This document shows, piece by piece, positions 61,027 to 64,000 of a DNA stretch of 64,000 nt (position 1 is its first letter; each line of letters opens with the position of its first letter). The notes under the pieces were generated by a model, which was not told where the DNA came from, did no database searches, and saw nothing but the letters and a program-made list of their open reading frames with translations. The DNA is from Stylophora pistillata. Its lineage: Eukaryota. The stretch lies in NCBI RefSeq assembly GCF_002571385.2, contig NW_019218285.1, forward strand, positions 42,560-106,559, in the 5' to 3' direction. The position numbers were made by a program, and so were the translations under genes.

Positions 61027-64000
61027 ATGGAATTGGAAGAAAAAGTGAAAAAGCTCGAAAAAGAGTTCCCTGGTTTATCCAAGCTTCTTATTAAGAGGAC
61101 TCTTTGTGATGATGACGTCAGAGAGGACCTTACAGAAGCAAGACAAAAGTTGCAGAAGTTCACGAAAGGCCCTTTTTTAATCAATCCAGCAGCGGCGGCC
61201 GATGATAAAGAATTGGAAGGGAATCGTTATAGCCCTCATTTGGACGGACTCAGCAACATAAGAAACACTTTGTGTGAAGAAGGTAGGCAGGTTAACTCAT
61301 GTTGTAGCGTGATGTGCGAGTTAATTTTTTCTCCCAAGCTGAGGGGATTTCTCTAAAGGGGACGATTTCCCAAAAATGTTGTACAAAACGCATCATTCCA
61401 ATGAATAACGCGTGATAAGCTATAGGGAAGCTCCCTGATCATGACCAGTGAGTTGTCTTTTGAGAACTTTCTGTCTTTATCCTTTGAAGAATAAAGGAGG
61501 TTAGGTTAAGCCAGTTAAATAAGCTCGCCTCATTTAATTTAAATTGCATGAGGCAAGGCTTCATGTGCTTTTCGATTGAGTGTTGTAAAACCAAGACCAG
61601 CCTATTACAACGACCAATCAGAAGAAAGGCATTTTCCTTTCTTCTGATTGGCTGTTGTAATTAGTCAAAGTAAAAACAACCGACTGTCTAAAGAGCGGGA
61701 AAAGCGGGTGACCAAGTCGTGAATGGTTTTAGTTTTGCATCTGATTGGTCGAGAGAGTGGCGCGAGTTTTCTGAACCAATCACAGAGTGAAGTAAAGAAA
61801 AACCAATTGCAAGCAATCCCAGACTACTTACGAAACTCGATGAAAATTCCTCTATATACAACTAGTATTGTTTGCGCGAGGAAGCAGGTCGAGTTGAAGC
61901 TTTATAAGTGAGCACAGGCTATCATCTTTCAATAATTTACCTAGAAGATCTCTGTCAATACAACGTTTTCGTTGTAGAGGCACTTGAATCCTGCATAATT
62001 ACAGATTTCTTAAGAAAAATGCTTTCATATGCAGGTGATGCACCAAAAACTAAGAATTCATTTCGAGACAGCCTCGATGGATCTGTTGTCCGAGGCGGAT
62101 CTGCCACTGGTAATCGACCAACGCCATTCCAGTTGCCTAATACTGAAGAACGTGCCTTAAATGGTCGACAAGCAGGGTTTGTCACTGAGCTCTCAAACCT
62201 CGTCTCCACGGGTTTGAAAATTGCCGGTCCACCAAAATACTTAGCATCAGAAAACAGCGAAATACCAAGGAAAAGATCGGTGATCGATTCCAACACAAAA
62301 CTTGGGGGTATTCAGGAGAAGACTAACGCGAAGCAAGTACCCGATCCACCGAAACCAAAACCAAAACCAAACTGGAGGAAACAGCGAGGTAATTAGCTGA
62401 ATCTTTTCAAATTCCAACAGGCACTGACAAGATAGTTCCTGTCCCTTTTTACTGATAGATTCCCCAGCAGGGAAAAGGTTTTCATCGATCTTCCCAAAAA
62501 AATCAGAAAGACATTTTCTTCTCTTTCCTTGTCATGCAAGAAGGATCGAAGGAAATCCTGCTAGGATAGATAGATACTTTATTGGTAAACACTTCGCAGC
62601 ATGAACTGAATTGCGTATTCACAGATATAAAATAAAAATTACTATGTACATGAATTTATNNNNNNNNNNNNNNNNNNNNNNNNNNNNNNNNNNNNNNNNN
62701 NNNNNNNNNNNNNNNNNNNNNNNNNNNNNNNNNNNNNNNNNNNNNNNNNNNNNNNNNNNNNNNNNNNNNNNNNNNNNNNNNNNNNNNNNNNNNNNNNNNN
62801 NNNNNNNNNNNNNNNNNNNNNNNNNNNNNNNNNNNNNNNNNNNNNNNNNNNNNNNNNNNNNNNNNNNNNNNNNNNNNNNNNNNNNNNNNNNNNNNNNNNN
62901 NNNNNNNNNNNNNNNNNNNNNNNNNNNNNNNNNNNNNNNNNNNNNNNNNNNNNNNNNNNNNNNNNNNNNNNNNNNNNNNNNNNNNNNNNNNNNNNNNNNN
63001 NNNNNNNNNNNNNNNNNNNNNNNNNNNNNNNNNNNNNNNNNNNNNNNNNNNNNNNNNNNNNNNNNNNNNNNNNNNNNNNNNNNNNNNNNNNNNNNNNNNN
63101 NNNNNNNNNNNNNNNNNNNNNNNNNNNNNNNNNNNNNNNNNNNNNNNNNNNNNNNNNNNNNNNNNNNNNNNNNNNNNNNNNNNNNNNNNNNNNNNNNNNN
63201 NNNNNNNNNNNNNNNNNNNNNNNNNNNNNNNNNNNNNNNNNNNNNNNNNNNNNNNNNNNNNNNNNNNNNNNNNNNNNNNNNNNNNNNNNNNNNNNNNNNN
63301 NNNNNNNNNNNNNNNNNNNNNNNNNNNNNNNNNNNNNNNNNNNNNNNNNNNNNNNNNNNNNNNNNNNNNNNNNNNNNNNNNNNNNNNNNNNNNNNNNNNN
63401 NNNNNNNNNNNNNNNNNNNNNNNNNNNNNNNNNNNNNNNNNNNNNNNNNNNNNNNNNNNNNNNNNNNNNNNNNNNNNNNNNNNNNNNNNNNNNNNNNNNN
63501 NNNNNNNNNNNNNNNNNNNNNNNNNNNNNNNNNNNNNNNNNNNNNNNNNNNNNNNNNNNNNNNNNNNNNNNNNNNNNNNNNNNNNNNNNNNNNNNNNNNC
63601 AAGAGATTTTCAGGAGAGCGCCCATTATCTAGAAGCTGAAGATCACTCTCACTTCACGCCAAGGCAACTGAACGAACGAGATCGAGGAAGTAAAGACTCT
63701 CATGGAAGGCAGGTGCTTCCAGTATCCCTGAGGGAGATTGGCAGCAGAGAAACTTCGGCCCCCAGTTCTTTTGATGATTCAGATAGAGAGAAGGTCAGAC
63801 AAAATGAACCCAGCAGACGCGGACAGGGAGACCGTGGTAGGACACGGAACCGCGGTAGTCACAGAGGGCGCGGTCAAACTGGAATACGACGAGCAGAGAG
63901 CATTTCCGGTGTGACGGGAGAGGGGCCTGCTGACAACGTGAAAGACGAAGATGGTCGGTCTCAATTTGAAAGAAATAAGTTACTCGTCAGAGGGCTAGCA
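61027..64000 (+). CDS. Second macro-PARP paralog, 5' exons (CUE-like N-terminus; 3'-partial)
   Basis: Exons 61027-61282 (MELEEKVKKLEKEFPGLSKLLIKRTL...) and 62035-62388, plus an open frame at 63600-64000 homologous to 32720-33120 (...QFERNKLLVRGL). Confidence 0.78.

Larger units (their letters stand above)
46108..64000. repeat. Segmental tandem duplication, unit 2 (runs off the window)
   Basis: Colinear with 3305 onward, with the same gene order and orientation. Confidence 0.92.

Noticed and set aside
46108-64000. Unit 2 as merely the other haplotype of unit 1
   Set aside because: Extensive substitutions, many independent TE insertions, pseudogenisation of two genes and strongly diverged PARP exons indicate true paralogy.

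Overview
Eukaryotic (animal) genomic DNA with spliceosomal introns, assembly gaps and typical cnidarian repeats. A 1.7-kb mitochondrial segment (nad6-atp6-mtORF, translation table 4) points to a pocilloporid stony coral, probably Stylophora-like (inference). The window opens with the 3' exons of V-ATPase subunit H. It is then dominated by a ~42.8-kb tandem segmental duplication (unit 1 from 3305, unit 2 from 46108) of a three-gene block: an intronless class A GPCR (-), an EFG1-like rRNA-processing gene (-), and a head-to-head PARP14-like macro-PARP with CUE-like N-terminal modules (+). In unit 2 the GPCR and EFG1 are pseudogenes while the visible PARP exons stay open. In unit 1 the GPCR and EFG1 exons 1-7 are intact. 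The most striking observation is that the mitochondrial insert replaces the last coding exon of the only intact EFG1 copy and creates a new in-phase splice acceptor, which would append a 20-aa hydrophobic NAD6-derived tail. The two duplicate units also provide filled/empty-site evidence for many mobile elements (solo LTR, LINE, SINE, MULE-like, Kolobok-like, Penelope/hammerhead-type palindrome), and a degenerate Gypsy with a nested LINE lies in the unit-1 PARP region. All calls were made by eye, without database searches.
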